NCBI GenBank assembly: GCA_963664195.1
Contig: OY760907.1
Coordinates: 1,504,001-1,568,000 of the forward strand
Reading direction: 5' to 3'
DNA from: an uncultured candidate division Zixibacteria bacterium
GTDB taxonomy: Bacteria > Zixibacteria > MSB-5A5 > GN15 > FEB-12
DNA length: 64,000 nucleotides
Below the pieces are notes generated by a model. That model saw nothing but the letters and a program-made list of their open reading frames with translations. It made no database searches and was not told where the DNA came from. The translations under genes and the position numbers were made by a program. Below, one piece after another: positions 9,401 to 19,173 of this stretch (position 1 is the first letter of the stretch; every line of letters starts with the position of its first letter).

Positions 9401-10483
9401 ATGGCGAAACGTTCCAGGAGAACGTCCAAGAAGGCAGGACTGATGCCGGGCAGCGTCGTCTATGTCGGCAAGGAGCGGGAGGGTGAAGCACGGCTGGAGG
9501 TCCTCGATTATACTGACTCCACGCACAAAGAAATCCATGCTGCGAATCTTGAGGAGTGCTTTCCTTTCAGAGACAGCCCGAGTATGAGTTGGATAAACCT
9601 GAGCGGCATTCATGACACGGCCGTGATTGAGAAACTCGGAGCGCATTTCGGGCTGCATCCCCTGGCCCTTGAGGATATCGTCAACGCCGGTCATCGACCA
9701 AAAATCGAGGATGTCGGCGAGCACATCATGGTTGTCGTGAAGTCGCTTCAGGCCGATGCTGAAACGGGTTTGCTGAAAGTGCGACAGGTTAGTGTGGTAT
9801 TCGGCCACAACTGGGTGCTCAGTTTTCAGGAATCAGGTTCGGATGCTTTTGCGGCTGTGCGGCAACGGATTCTTAAGACGATTCCGCGAGTGCGCTTTTT
9901 GACGTCCGATTATCTTGCTTATGCACTGATTGATTCTGTTGTCGATCATTACTTCGTCACTCTCGAAGAGATCAGCGACGTTATTGAAGCTGTAGACGAC
10001 AAATTGTCCGCAGGAGCTGTGCCGGAGAACCTCCATACGATTCGTGACCTGAAGCAGCAAATGATCCTACTGCGCAAGGCGGTTTGGCCGTTACGGGAAA
10101 TCGTGGCCGGATTGGAAAGGACCGACTCCGATCTCGTCAAGGAATCGACTTCACCCTATCTCAGAGATCTCTATGAGCACGCCATACAGGTAGTGGACAC
10201 GGCAGAGACGTACAGGGATATGACCAACAATCTTCTCGATCTGTACCACACGCGTGTCAGCAATCGGATGAACGAGATCATGCAGGTGTTGACAATCATA
10301 GCGACGATTTTCATCCCCCTCGGATTCCTTGCCGGGGTGTACGGGATGAACTTTGATACGACGGCCAGTTCATTCAACCTTCCGGAATTGGGTCTGCCGT
10401 ACGGTTATCTTGGATTCTGGGGGATTGTTATCGCGGTAGCAGCCGGGATGCTTGTGTTCTTTCGAAAGAACAAGTGGTTGTAG
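9401..10483 (+). CDS. corA: magnesium/cobalt transporter CorA
   Basis: GLHPLALEDI, RPKIE, YGMNF signature, two C-terminal TM helices. Confidence 0.95.
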   Translation: MAKRSRRTSKKAGLMPGSVVYVGKEREGEARLEVLDYTDSTHKEIHAANLEECFPFRDSPSMSWINLSGIHDTAVIEKLGAHFGLHPLALEDIVNAGHRPKIEDVGEHIMVVVKSLQADAETGLLKVRQVSVVFGHNWVLSFQESGSDAFAAVRQRILKTIPRVRFLTSDYLAYALIDSVVDHYFVTLEEISDVIEAVDDKLSAGAVPENLHTIRDLKQQMILLRKAVWPLREIVAGLERTDSDLVKESTSPYLRDLYEHAIQVVDTAETYRDMTNNLLDLYHTRVSNRMNEIMQVLTIIATIFIPLGFLAGVYGMNFDTTASSFNLPELGLPYGYLGFWGIVIAVAAGMLVFFRKNKWL

Positions 10484-10531
10484 GGGGTTGTTCCGTTAAG
10501 TAGTGAGACAAGGACTATCCGGGAGACAGTT

Positions 10532-11431
10532 ATGGATATGCACGAGATGTGGAGCAAAGCAGTTGACTGGTTTAGCACGAGCGGCTTCCAGGTGTTGGTC
10601 ATTCTTATTTTCACCTCCGGTATGTTGATTTCGGTGCGGCTGGTCGGTGGCCGGTTGATCGCATCCTACAAGAAACGACAGGAAGACGGGGAATCACAGA
10701 AGCGTGCGGAAACGCTCGGTGCCATGTTGCGCTACGTGATCAGTATCGTTGTCCTGTCCCTCGGGTTGATGTTGCTACTGGAGCAATTCGGCATACAGCT
10801 TGGCCCACTACTGGCGGCAGCAGGTGTGGCAGGTATCGCTATCGGGTTTGGTGCACAGCATCTTGTGTCCGATGTTATCCGCGGTTTCTTTATTATGATG
10901 AACAATGAAATACGTGTTGGCGACGTCGTTGAAGTGGCCGGCAAGTCGGGTGTGGTTGAGAGTATCAATCTGAGAATCACGGTGCTGCGGGACCTCTCAG
11001 GCAACGTACACTATGTTCCAAACGGCAAGATCGACATCGTGACGAACATGACCGTGGAGTACTCCCGGTGTACGATAGACATTGGGGTATCTTATCGTGA
11101 AAGTGTTGACGAAGTCATTGAGGTAATGCGCGAGGTTGACCAGGATCTGCGTGCGGATGAGATATTCGGCAAGGTCATCCTGGAACCTATCGAGATCCTC
11201 GGTCTGGAACGATTCGATGATTCGGCAGTAGTTGTCAGAGCGCGTTATACTACCAAACCGATTAAGCAATGGAACGTGAAACGAGAGTTCAATCGACGAT
11301 TGAAGATAGCCTTCGATAGTCGCGGTATCGAGATCCCCTTCCCACACCTGACGCTGTATATAGGGCAGGACAAAGATGGCAAGGCTGCGGCGTTGAAAGT
11401 GATGAACGAATCTCCCCCGAGAGATGTCTGA
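10532..11431 (+). CDS. small-conductance mechanosensitive channel (MscS/YbiO-like)
   Basis: GIAIGFGAQ.LV.D, VGDVV, G.VE.I.LR.T, VPNG, GIEIPFP. Confidence 0.93.
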   Translation: MDMHEMWSKAVDWFSTSGFQVLVILIFTSGMLISVRLVGGRLIASYKKRQEDGESQKRAETLGAMLRYVISIVVLSLGLMLLLEQFGIQLGPLLAAAGVAGIAIGFGAQHLVSDVIRGFFIMMNNEIRVGDVVEVAGKSGVVESINLRITVLRDLSGNVHYVPNGKIDIVTNMTVEYSRCTIDIGVSYRESVDEVIEVMREVDQDLRADEIFGKVILEPIEILGLERFDDSAVVVRARYTTKPIKQWNVKREFNRRLKIAFDSRGIEIPFPHLTLYIGQDKDGKAAALKVMNESPPRDV

Positions 11432-11928
11432 TGGCCGGGATTGAAATCGCGTTGTTCATACTGGCTCTGCTGATCATGATCACCGGGTTGGCGGGGACGA
11501 TTCTTCCCGCGGTGCCGGGAGTGCCGTTGGTGTTTGCGACGGCGTTGCTGTTTGCGTGGCTGACCAATTTCAATTATGTCGACGGTCGCACGATTGGCAT
11601 ATTCGCGATTATCACCGGTGTGTCTCTGGTGCTCGACTGGGCTGCGACAACGTTTGGCGTCAAGAAGATGGGCGGCTCCTGGGCGGGGGTGGTCGGCGCA
11701 TTCATCGGGATGATCGTCGGTCTACTGATTCCGGGCGCGGGGATTGTCGGATTTATCGTAGGGGCGTTTGTGGGTGCGGTCGGGGGAGAGCTGCTTATCG
11801 GGAAACCTTCGCACACAGCTTTGAAGGCGGGCACCGGGAGTTTCATCGGGTTCGTTTTGGGCGGAGTCTTGAAGTTTGCCCTGGCGTGTGTGATGATCGG
11901 CTGGTTCTTCTGGGAGGTGGTGAGGTAG
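11431..11928 (+). CDS. DUF456-family membrane protein
   Basis: GTILPAVPG, KKMGGS, GAFVGA..GEL; hydrophobic throughout. Confidence 0.85.
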   Translation: MAGIEIALFILALLIMITGLAGTILPAVPGVPLVFATALLFAWLTNFNYVDGRTIGIFAIITGVSLVLDWAATTFGVKKMGGSWAGVVGAFIGMIVGLLIPGAGIVGFIVGAFVGAVGGELLIGKPSHTALKAGTGSFIGFVLGGVLKFALACVMIGWFFWEVVR

Positions 11929-11967
11929 GCGCTCCAGTTGGGGGGGAACTGAGTAGGTAGAAGGAAT

Positions 11968-13086
11968 ATGATGGTGATACCGGAAGATTTCATAAGTGGT
12001 CTGGATCTCTGCGAGGAGTTCTATTTTCGATACGTCAAACCGATTCTGCACGAAGACTTCCCTCGCTTGGAGTATAGCTGCGGTCTGCTCGGGCCCGGAT
12101 CAGACGTCCTTGGGTTCGACGACGTACTCTCGCAAGATCATGATTGGGGACCGCGACTGATTCTGTTTCTAAGAGCTGACGATCACAAGACTCTTTCCCC
12201 GTCAATTGACCGATCGCTAAGACAGAAGCTTCCCGCCGATTGTCTCGGATACTCGACCAGTTTTGGCGAACCTGATCCGATCGGCGTGAGACTGATGAAG
12301 CCTGCTCCCGCCGGCGAGATCAACCACAGGATCGAGCTTGCCACTATCAGCGGCTTCTTTGATTACAATCTGGGTGTGGATATGTGCAAGGACTTGAGTG
12401 CCGTCGACTGGTTGAGCTTTCCTCAGCAAGTGTTACTGTCGATCAAGTCCGGGAGAATCTTCAACGACAATCTGGGATTGTACGACATCAGAGGCAAGCT
12501 CAACTATTACCCGCACGATATCTGGCTCTATATGATGGCATCTTCCTGGCAGCGTATAGGGCAGGAGGAACACTTGGCGGGTCGTGCGATGCTGACCGGT
12601 CAAGAGGTTGGTTTCTCGATACTCGCTTCGGGCTTGATGAGAGACATCATGCGGTTGGGGTTCCTTCTGGAGAGGAAGTATGCGCCATACTCTAAATGGT
12701 TAGAGAGAGCTTTCAAGCAACTCACTTGTAGCGCGACGCTGATGCCGTTTCTGGAGGGGGCTGCGAAATCCGCCGACATCGGAGAGCGACAGGCAAGCCT
12801 TTGTCGGGCGTTTGAGGTCCTCGCATCGATGCACAGCGGTCTGCGCATATCCGAACCTGTAGATTCGACGTGTCGGGAATTCTACGGCCGAGGCTTTCAG
12901 GTGATTGACGGAGGCCGGATTGCCACCGTGCTCGCAGATACTATAGAGAGCAGCGATATCCGTGCGATTGCTGAAAGAGGTCTCGTCGGAAACATCGATC
13001 AGATATCGGACAACACCGACGTTCTTGAGGACCGGTCAATGAGAAGAAAGCTGATCGAGGGACTCGTTCCTACCCCTCAACCTTGA
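11968..13086 (+). CDS. DUF4037-domain protein (nucleotidyltransferase-like)
   Basis: GSDVLGFDD..S.DHDWGPR, YYP.DIW, YAPY.KW. Confidence 0.85.
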   Translation: MMVIPEDFISGLDLCEEFYFRYVKPILHEDFPRLEYSCGLLGPGSDVLGFDDVLSQDHDWGPRLILFLRADDHKTLSPSIDRSLRQKLPADCLGYSTSFGEPDPIGVRLMKPAPAGEINHRIELATISGFFDYNLGVDMCKDLSAVDWLSFPQQVLLSIKSGRIFNDNLGLYDIRGKLNYYPHDIWLYMMASSWQRIGQEEHLAGRAMLTGQEVGFSILASGLMRDIMRLGFLLERKYAPYSKWLERAFKQLTCSATLMPFLEGAAKSADIGERQASLCRAFEVLASMHSGLRISEPVDSTCREFYGRGFQVIDGGRIATVLADTIESSDIRAIAERGLVGNIDQISDNTDVLEDRSMRRKLIEGLVPTPQP

Positions 13087-15274
13087 TCCGTTTGTCCTCC
13101 GGCGTGATCACCTTGCCGATCTTCACGGCGTTGTAAACGCCCTTTTCCAGAAGCGTATTCAGTAAGGCCTCAGCCTTGTTGCCGGGGAGCGAAATCAACA
13201 GACCGCCGGAAGTCTGAGCGTCGTTGAGAATCAAACGACGTGTCTTCGATATCGAATCAGCATACTCAACCTGAGCGGCCGTGTGATCGTGGTTGTCCTG
13301 CGTACCGCCGGGAATGACACCCGAAGTCGCTAGCTCTGTCACACCGGACAAGAGCGGCACAGCGTTGACGTTGATCACGGCTGTCGTGCCCGAACCGTTC
13401 ATCATCTCCAGCAAGTGTCCGAGCAGGCCGAATCCGGTTATGTCAGTCGCAGCGTTAACTCCGACCTGTTGCATTGCCTCGGCGGCATCCTTGTTGAGGG
13501 CTGCCATCGTTTCGGTGAGCAGTGTTTTCTGCGTGTCATTGAGATGTCCACGTTTGAGTGCCGTCGAGAGAATGCCGGTGCCAATTGGTTTCGTAAGGAT
13601 GAGGGCGTCGCCGGGTTTGGCGTTTCGATTTGTGACGATCTTGTCGGGCGATGCAATGCCGGAGACGGCCATGCCGAATTTAGGCTCGGTGTCGTCGACT
13701 GTGTGGCCGCCGATTATTGAGATGCCCGCTTCTTCGGCTTTGGCCTGTGCGCCGCGAAGGATTTCCTCCAGTACGGTAATCGGCAAACGGTTGCTTGGGA
13801 ATCCCACGACGTTAAGTGCAAACAATGGCGTGCCGCCCATAGCGTAAATGTCACTCAGCGAGTTGGCGGCGGCAATGGCGCCGAACTGATACGGGTCATC
13901 GACTATCGGCGTGAAGAAATCGACCGTGCTGATAACTGCCGTGTCATCGTTGAGGCGATAGACTGCCGCGTCATCGGCTGTGTCGGTTCCCACCATGATA
14001 TTGGCGTCGGTCGGTGTTGGCAGCTTCTTCAGAACGGATTCGAGAACCTGCGGGCGAAGCTTGCACGCGCAGCCGAGGCCGTGAGTGTATTTCGTTAGCT
14101 TGATGTCCCCGGTGTCCTCGATGGCGACTTCGGTTGCCTCCGACGGTTGCATTCTGCTGACCACATCGGTGATCTCTTGGAGTGCGCGGTCGATTTCGTC
14201 GACGGTTGTGAAACGTCCTACGGAGAAGCGAAGAGTTCCCATTGCGTATTCCAGGGGCACTTCCATAGCTTCGAGAACCGCAGAAACTTCAACACCGTCG
14301 GAGTGACAGGCGGCACCCGCCGAGGCAGCGATGCCAGTCATCTCATCAAGGATGGTGTTTGCTTCGAGTCCGCAGAAGCTGACGCTGGCCGTGTTTGGCA
14401 GTCTGTTGTCCGGGTGGCCGTTACGCCTGAGGTCGGGGAAGCGTTTTCTGAGGCCGTCCTCCAATCTGTCGCGCATCTTCTTGAGGTGTGAGAAGTGGGC
14501 GTCGGGTCCCTTGCTCACCAGTTCACACGCTTTTCCAAGGCCGACAATTTCCAGAACATTTTCAGTTCCTGCCCGCCAGTTCATTTCGTGGTCGGCACCG
14601 TGGACGAGCTTTTCGAGCTTCACGCCGGTGCGCACGTATAGCGCGCCGATGCCTTTCGGGGCGTACAGTTTGTGTCCGGCAACCGAGAGCAGGTCAACTT
14701 TCAGATCATCGATATGAACCGGGATCTTGCCAACGGCCTGGGCGCAATCGGTGTGGACGAGGATGTCATGCCTGTGGGCAATATCGGCGATTTCTGCGAT
14801 TGGTTCGATTGTGCCGACCTCGTTGTTGGCCAGCATGATGGTGATGAGAATCGTTTGCGGTGTGATAGCCGCCTCGACATCGGCGGGCTTTACAAGACCG
14901 AATTGATCGACCGGGAGATAAGTGACCTTGCAGCCCTTGCTTTCGAGATAGCGGCAAACCTCGATAACGGCCGGGTGTTCGACCGAGGACGTAATGATGT
15001 GGTTGCCTTCCTCCCGATACGCGCGGGCGGTACCCTTGATGGCGTAGTTGTTGGATTCGGTGCCGCCGGAAGTGAAAATCAGTTCGTCCGCCTGACAGTG
15101 AAGCATGTCGGCAACCTGGTGGCGTGCGTTTTCGACTGCCTTCCTGGTGGTGACTCCAAGGGCGTGGCCGCTGGACGGATTGCCGAAGTGTTCGTGGATA
15201 AACGGCAGCATGGCTTCGCCGACGCGGGGATCGATCGGAGTAGTAGCATTGTAATCGAGATATATAAGGCTCAT
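13070..15274 (-). CDS. selD: cysteine desulfurase/selenocysteine lyase (NifS) fused to selenophosphate synthetase SelD
   Basis: N-half YLDYNATTP, FTSGGTES, GHKLYAPKG, SAGAAC; C-half GLGCACK, DDAAVY, VDFFTP, NSLSDIYAMGG, TDITGFGLLGHL, DAQTSGGLL. Confidence 0.95.
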   Translation of the reverse strand: MSLIYLDYNATTPIDPRVGEAMLPFIHEHFGNPSSGHALGVTTRKAVENARHQVADMLHCQADELIFTSGGTESNNYAIKGTARAYREEGNHIITSSVEHPAVIEVCRYLESKGCKVTYLPVDQFGLVKPADVEAAITPQTILITIMLANNEVGTIEPIAEIADIAHRHDILVHTDCAQAVGKIPVHIDDLKVDLLSVAGHKLYAPKGIGALYVRTGVKLEKLVHGADHEMNWRAGTENVLEIVGLGKACELVSKGPDAHFSHLKKMRDRLEDGLRKRFPDLRRNGHPDNRLPNTASVSFCGLEANTILDEMTGIAASAGAACHSDGVEVSAVLEAMEVPLEYAMGTLRFSVGRFTTVDEIDRALQEITDVVSRMQPSEATEVAIEDTGDIKLTKYTHGLGCACKLRPQVLESVLKKLPTPTDANIMVGTDTADDAAVYRLNDDTAVISTVDFFTPIVDDPYQFGAIAAANSLSDIYAMGGTPLFALNVVGFPSNRLPITVLEEILRGAQAKAEEAGISIIGGHTVDDTEPKFGMAVSGIASPDKIVTNRNAKPGDALILTKPIGTGILSTALKRGHLNDTQKTLLTETMAALNKDAAEAMQQVGVNAATDITGFGLLGHLLEMMNGSGTTAVINVNAVPLLSGVTELATSGVIPGGTQDNHDHTAAQVEYADSISKTRRLILNDAQTSGGLLISLPGNKAEALLNTLLEKGVYNAVKIGKVITPEDKRIKVEG

Positions 15275-15457
15275 ATCAAGGCTCCCGGGCTGGTTTCTGA
15301 ATCTCAGGTACCTGCATGATCGTCATTTGCGCGCAAGTCTACAAACGGAAAAAGTGAAAAACAGCTCGCGAAGAAGGTTAGGAACCAATGCTGAACAGTC
15401 GAGGTTAATCAATATGGGGTAAGATTACTATGAATTTCTCAGGACGGAGGTGAGACA

Positions 15458-15742
15458 ATGGCTTCCTTCATTATGGCAATGACCATTAATCCGACTGCCA
15501 AGAAGACCAGTACGGATCTCTCGGGGCGAATCGATGAATCTCTGAACGTGTTCATCACGCGAGGCGCCAAGGTGCAGAAACTGTATGCCACTATGGGGCG
15601 ATACGACTGTCTGGCGGCTTTTGACGCTGAGGACCACAAAGCGGCGTTTAAGATCGCTTCGGAGATCACGTCGATGGGGACTCTGGAGACGGAGACCTGG
15701 CCGGTGATTCCGTTCGAGGAGTTTTCTGAAATGCTCGGATAA
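15458..15742 (+). CDS. GYD-domain protein
   Basis: YATMGRYD, G...TET; GGAGG RBS. Confidence 0.8.
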   Translation: MASFIMAMTINPTAKKTSTDLSGRIDESLNVFITRGAKVQKLYATMGRYDCLAAFDAEDHKAAFKIASEITSMGTLETETWPVIPFEEFSEMLG

Positions 15743-15779
15743 GCGGTGTTGAAGCGTTTGTCGGAGTTAGAAAAATCAA

Positions 15780-15808
15780 CCCCCCGGGATATCTTCCGGG
15801 GGGCCTAC
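15780..15808 (-). repeat. REP-like hairpin (GTAG foot)
   Basis: minus strand GTAG-GCCCCCCGG-AAGATATC-CCGGGGGG. Confidence 0.6.
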
Positions 15809-16009
15809 GCATATTTGATTAATGTTGTCTGCAAAGATACCGTCGATTCGGCCACCTAAGGTGGCGGGCTCGTACATTACGATTACCACCCTCAAGCAGC
15901 ACCTTTGCTCATAGGTTATAGCGTATTCGGGCGTGTTTTCGGCAACTTTTTTTTTATCGGCAGACAAGGCTCGCCTTGATAGTGCTGTAACCGTCTGTCC
16001 TCCAGAACC

Positions 16010-16822
16010 TTATTCGACAAGTCGAATAGTCGAGCCGCGCACCTCCACCAAGCCCTCACGGGCCAAGTTCTCGGCAGCCTTCTGAACATCTTCCTTCGTA
16101 CGTTCCATTGATTCGGCTATGGTGTTGACACGCACAGACTTGCGCACAGTCAGGTGGCGGATAATCTCGCCCCGAATCTGGCGTATTGATCCCTGGAATC
16201 TGGACTGTTTCGTTGTCGGGGGGATTGCCACGAGCCGTTTCGGTAGGGCCAGCGACGAGTAGTCCATCAGGGCGTAGTGCCAGTTGCGAGAATCACGACG
16301 GGGGAGAAGCTGTTCGGCGATGTCTTCGATTTCAGACGCCGAAGTCGAGGGCGGCAGGTCAAGTTCGTGCAGGATCACCCGCCTGATATTGGTGTCTGCC
16401 GTCACCAGCGGGCGATTGTAAGCGAAAATCAAGATCGCACGTGAGGTGTACCTGCCGATTCCGGGAAGTCTGATCAACTCTGCCGGATCATCAGGCAGCC
16501 TGCCGCTATACTCCTCGACTACCGTTTGAGCGATCTGCCCGAGATACAGCGCCCGCCGGTTGTAGCCAAGTCCGGACCACATTGCCAGAAGCTCCTGTTT
16601 TGTGGCACCGGCCAGCGACTGCCAGTCGGGCCATTTTACTACCCAGGCCTCGTATTTGGGTACTACCCGGTCCACCTGGGTCTGCTGAAGCATTATCTCT
16701 GAGACGGTGATGCAATAGGGATCGGTAGTTTGGCGAAACGGGAGTACACGGCCGTGTCTCTTGTAGAACCGACGGATCTTGCGCCGGAAAGAAGTTGCTC
16801 TCTTTCTGTCGATTGTGCTCAT
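16010..16822 (-). CDS. mutY: A/G-specific adenine glycosylase, MutY-like (short, no Fe-S cysteines)
   Basis: VSEIMLQQTQV, WSGLGYNRRA, LPGIG.YT, DTNIRR, ALMD. Confidence 0.85.
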   Translation of the reverse strand: MSTIDRKRATSFRRKIRRFYKRHGRVLPFRQTTDPYCITVSEIMLQQTQVDRVVPKYEAWVVKWPDWQSLAGATKQELLAMWSGLGYNRRALYLGQIAQTVVEEYSGRLPDDPAELIRLPGIGRYTSRAILIFAYNRPLVTADTNIRRVILHELDLPPSTSASEIEDIAEQLLPRRDSRNWHYALMDYSSLALPKRLVAIPPTTKQSRFQGSIRQIRGEIIRHLTVRKSVRVNTIAESMERTKEDVQKAAENLAREGLVEVRGSTIRLVE

Positions 16823-17199
16823 CAGGGGAGAACATACGGAAATGCGAATCGCGGGGCAATGCGGAATGAAACACATGACGGAGCGATCAGAAACAGAGAT
16901 TGGCGATTGCAGGTTCGCGGGGGCTGCCCTATAAGCAGATCGAAACCCAACGCAGCGAGCGACCTACAATGTCCGTAAGTAGTTGTGAAGTCTGCGTTGC
17001 GGCATATGTCCTATTACTCCCCGTGAGCGGCACATGACAATGTGCCCTCGCCTCACGACTTCTGAGCCCCCCCGCACACTTCTATCGACTGACGGCGGGT
17101 GATGAGGTCACAACCAGGAAGATGATGCTGCTGAAATAAGATGTGCAGGTTACACTCTGCCGTTTGACTATCGAACGGCAGGGTGGTATCTTCTCACCT

Positions 17200-18636
17200 G
17201 TGAATTCCACGATTACACATACACGCAACGGCTTTGCGTTCAACGGCAGGGTGTTGTCGTTTTATCTGATTGCGGCGGGGCTTTGTGTGGCTGCCGGCAT
17301 CGTGTTCCTGTTGCTGAACAAACCGATACAGTACGCTGCGATGGCGGTCGGGCTGCCGATAGCGGTCTTCGTCGTGGTGCAGCCGAGGCTGGCATTGTTC
17401 CAGTTTGTGTTCTTTCTGTTTATCGAGTACATGGTCTTTGCTATACCGCTGTATCTGATCGATTTCAGTGCCGCTCTGGTTATTATAGCCGCCGTAATCG
17501 ACATCCTGTCGGGGGGACGGTTCCCTTCGCGAATACCCCGATTCACGTGGAACCTCGCTTACGTGATCATGGCGATTATCGTATGCGGTTTGTTTTCCTA
17601 CTGGCCGCAATTGGCGGTAATTCGTATACTTACATTTGTATTTCTCACCACCACCTTTCTCTCACTTGTCCGGTTGAGCCGGTGGGTTCCTCTGTCATCC
17701 ATGATAAACTGGTACTTCGTCCTGGCCGTACTGCACTGCATTTACGTTTTGGCCCCTTTCGTGATGAGCGGCGGGACCATTCGCTCGTTTGGTCTGTCGA
17801 ACGTGCTTTTCGATGATATCAGTCTCGTTGCTCTGCCGGTGGGACTGTCGCTCTATTTTGGAGCGAAGCGGGGGTACAGCATCTACTACCTGGCAGGAAC
17901 TGCCATCGTGCTGGGTGGACTGATCGCCACACAGTCTCGCCTTTCGATCATGTTCGGTCTGCTTGCGGCAGCATTCGTGGTATTCGTGGCTTTTCGTAAG
18001 GCGAGAAAAGGGAGAGACGCTTTCAGTCGTCTTGTAGTAGTCCGATCCAGGGTGTTCATTGTCGCGGGAATCGGCATGATTGCGGTAGCGTCGGTGGCGG
18101 CGGGCAGTCTGTTTACAGATGTGATAGCGCGCTTCGAGCAACTGTTGAACCCGGATCCTCGGTTCAGCAGCGCGCTTTACCGTATCTACCTGTGGAAGAA
18201 AGCCATTGTCGCATTTGTCGATCACCCGATCTTCGGTGTTGGACCCGGCGGATATCGCCATCTGTACGATTTGTACCCTGAGCTGCGGATGTCGTTTTTC
18301 TACCATATGCTGCGTACGCTCGGAGCGCACAATGCCTTCCTGCAGTATCTGGCCACAATGGGACTGGTTGGTGGAGCGGGAATCATTGCTCTGACGATCA
18401 ATAAGTACCGAACTGCCGTGCGCATTTGGGAGTGTGTTGATCAGGAGACGTTTGGGCCGGTGCTGGCCCTCTTTTCATGGGCATTTGTTTTTGCGGTGAC
18501 CATATTCATAGAGGCCGGTTGGCTGTGGGGACAGCTCAGTTTCCTGATGGTCTTCTTCGCCGCCATGATCGCACGGCAATACGCACGGATCGAGTCTCGC
18601 GACGAGGCCGCCGACTCCCCTCCCACATCCTCCTAA
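17200..18636 (+). CDS. O-antigen ligase/Wzy-family membrane protein (start uncertain, 17143 or 17200)
   Basis: multi-TM; TQSR, R..LW..A...F.DHPIFGVG.G, AHN.FLQ...G..G. Confidence 0.85.
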   Translation: MNSTITHTRNGFAFNGRVLSFYLIAAGLCVAAGIVFLLLNKPIQYAAMAVGLPIAVFVVVQPRLALFQFVFFLFIEYMVFAIPLYLIDFSAALVIIAAVIDILSGGRFPSRIPRFTWNLAYVIMAIIVCGLFSYWPQLAVIRILTFVFLTTTFLSLVRLSRWVPLSSMINWYFVLAVLHCIYVLAPFVMSGGTIRSFGLSNVLFDDISLVALPVGLSLYFGAKRGYSIYYLAGTAIVLGGLIATQSRLSIMFGLLAAAFVVFVAFRKARKGRDAFSRLVVVRSRVFIVAGIGMIAVASVAAGSLFTDVIARFEQLLNPDPRFSSALYRIYLWKKAIVAFVDHPIFGVGPGGYRHLYDLYPELRMSFFYHMLRTLGAHNAFLQYLATMGLVGGAGIIALTINKYRTAVRIWECVDQETFGPVLALFSWAFVFAVTIFIEAGWLWGQLSFLMVFFAAMIARQYARIESRDEAADSPPTSS

Positions 18637-18650
18637 CACACAGAATCATC

Positions 18651-18679
18651 TTGACTTAGCATAACACTTTTGCTATCTT
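18651..18679 (+). promoter_or_regulatory. sigma70-type promoter for the small-protein/bEBP operon
   Basis: TTGACT-17 bp-TATCTT. Confidence 0.6.
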
Positions 18680-18798
18680 AAAAGTGCCAAGGGTTGCCTT
18701 CACCCTTGTCCCCTCGCATGCTTTTGTAAAAAATCGCCGTACACAAATTAAGGGATATTTACGTCTTCTTTTCAACCCACTTAACCAAGGAGTGTGTC

Positions 18799-19173
18799 AT
18801 GAGAAGTGTCTTTACCGTAGTGACCCTGATGCTAGTGCTTGTGCTTGTCACAGGTGGTGGTGTCTCGGGGTTAGATCGTTTTTACATCGAGGATAGTCAT
18901 GGGTCTGATGCCGGCGGCACAACCGGCGGCTGCACGCCTTCCGGCGACGACCACCCGTGGGGTGGTGAGGAAGGTACTTCCGACCCGGACGGTTTGTCGA
19001 CGACACCTCAAGTTTCCCCGACCGGTCCAAGTTTGTTTGACTTCCTGATTACGAAGCTGGTGCTCTGGTACCTTCCGGAACCCGCGCCCGCGATCAATGC
19101 CCAGGATAATGCTGCCGCTGTTATCAGCGACAGTCGAGTCAACTCAACTTCAAGCCGTTGGGACGGGAGATAA
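18799..19173 (+). CDS. small secreted protein, candidate signalling pro-peptide
   Basis: AAGGAG RBS; N-terminal signal peptide; low-complexity acidic body with a GDDHPWGG island; stop overlaps the next ATG (TAATG). Confidence 0.8.
   Translation: MRSVFTVVTLMLVLVLVTGGGVSGLDRFYIEDSHGSDAGGTTGGCTPSGDDHPWGGEEGTSDPDGLSTTPQVSPTGPSLFDFLITKLVLWYLPEPAPAINAQDNAAAVISDSRVNSTSSRWDGR

Noticed and set aside
14050..14090. Selenocysteine (TGA) in the SelD active site
   Set aside because: The sequence encodes GCACK with normal Cys codons; no recoding is needed.
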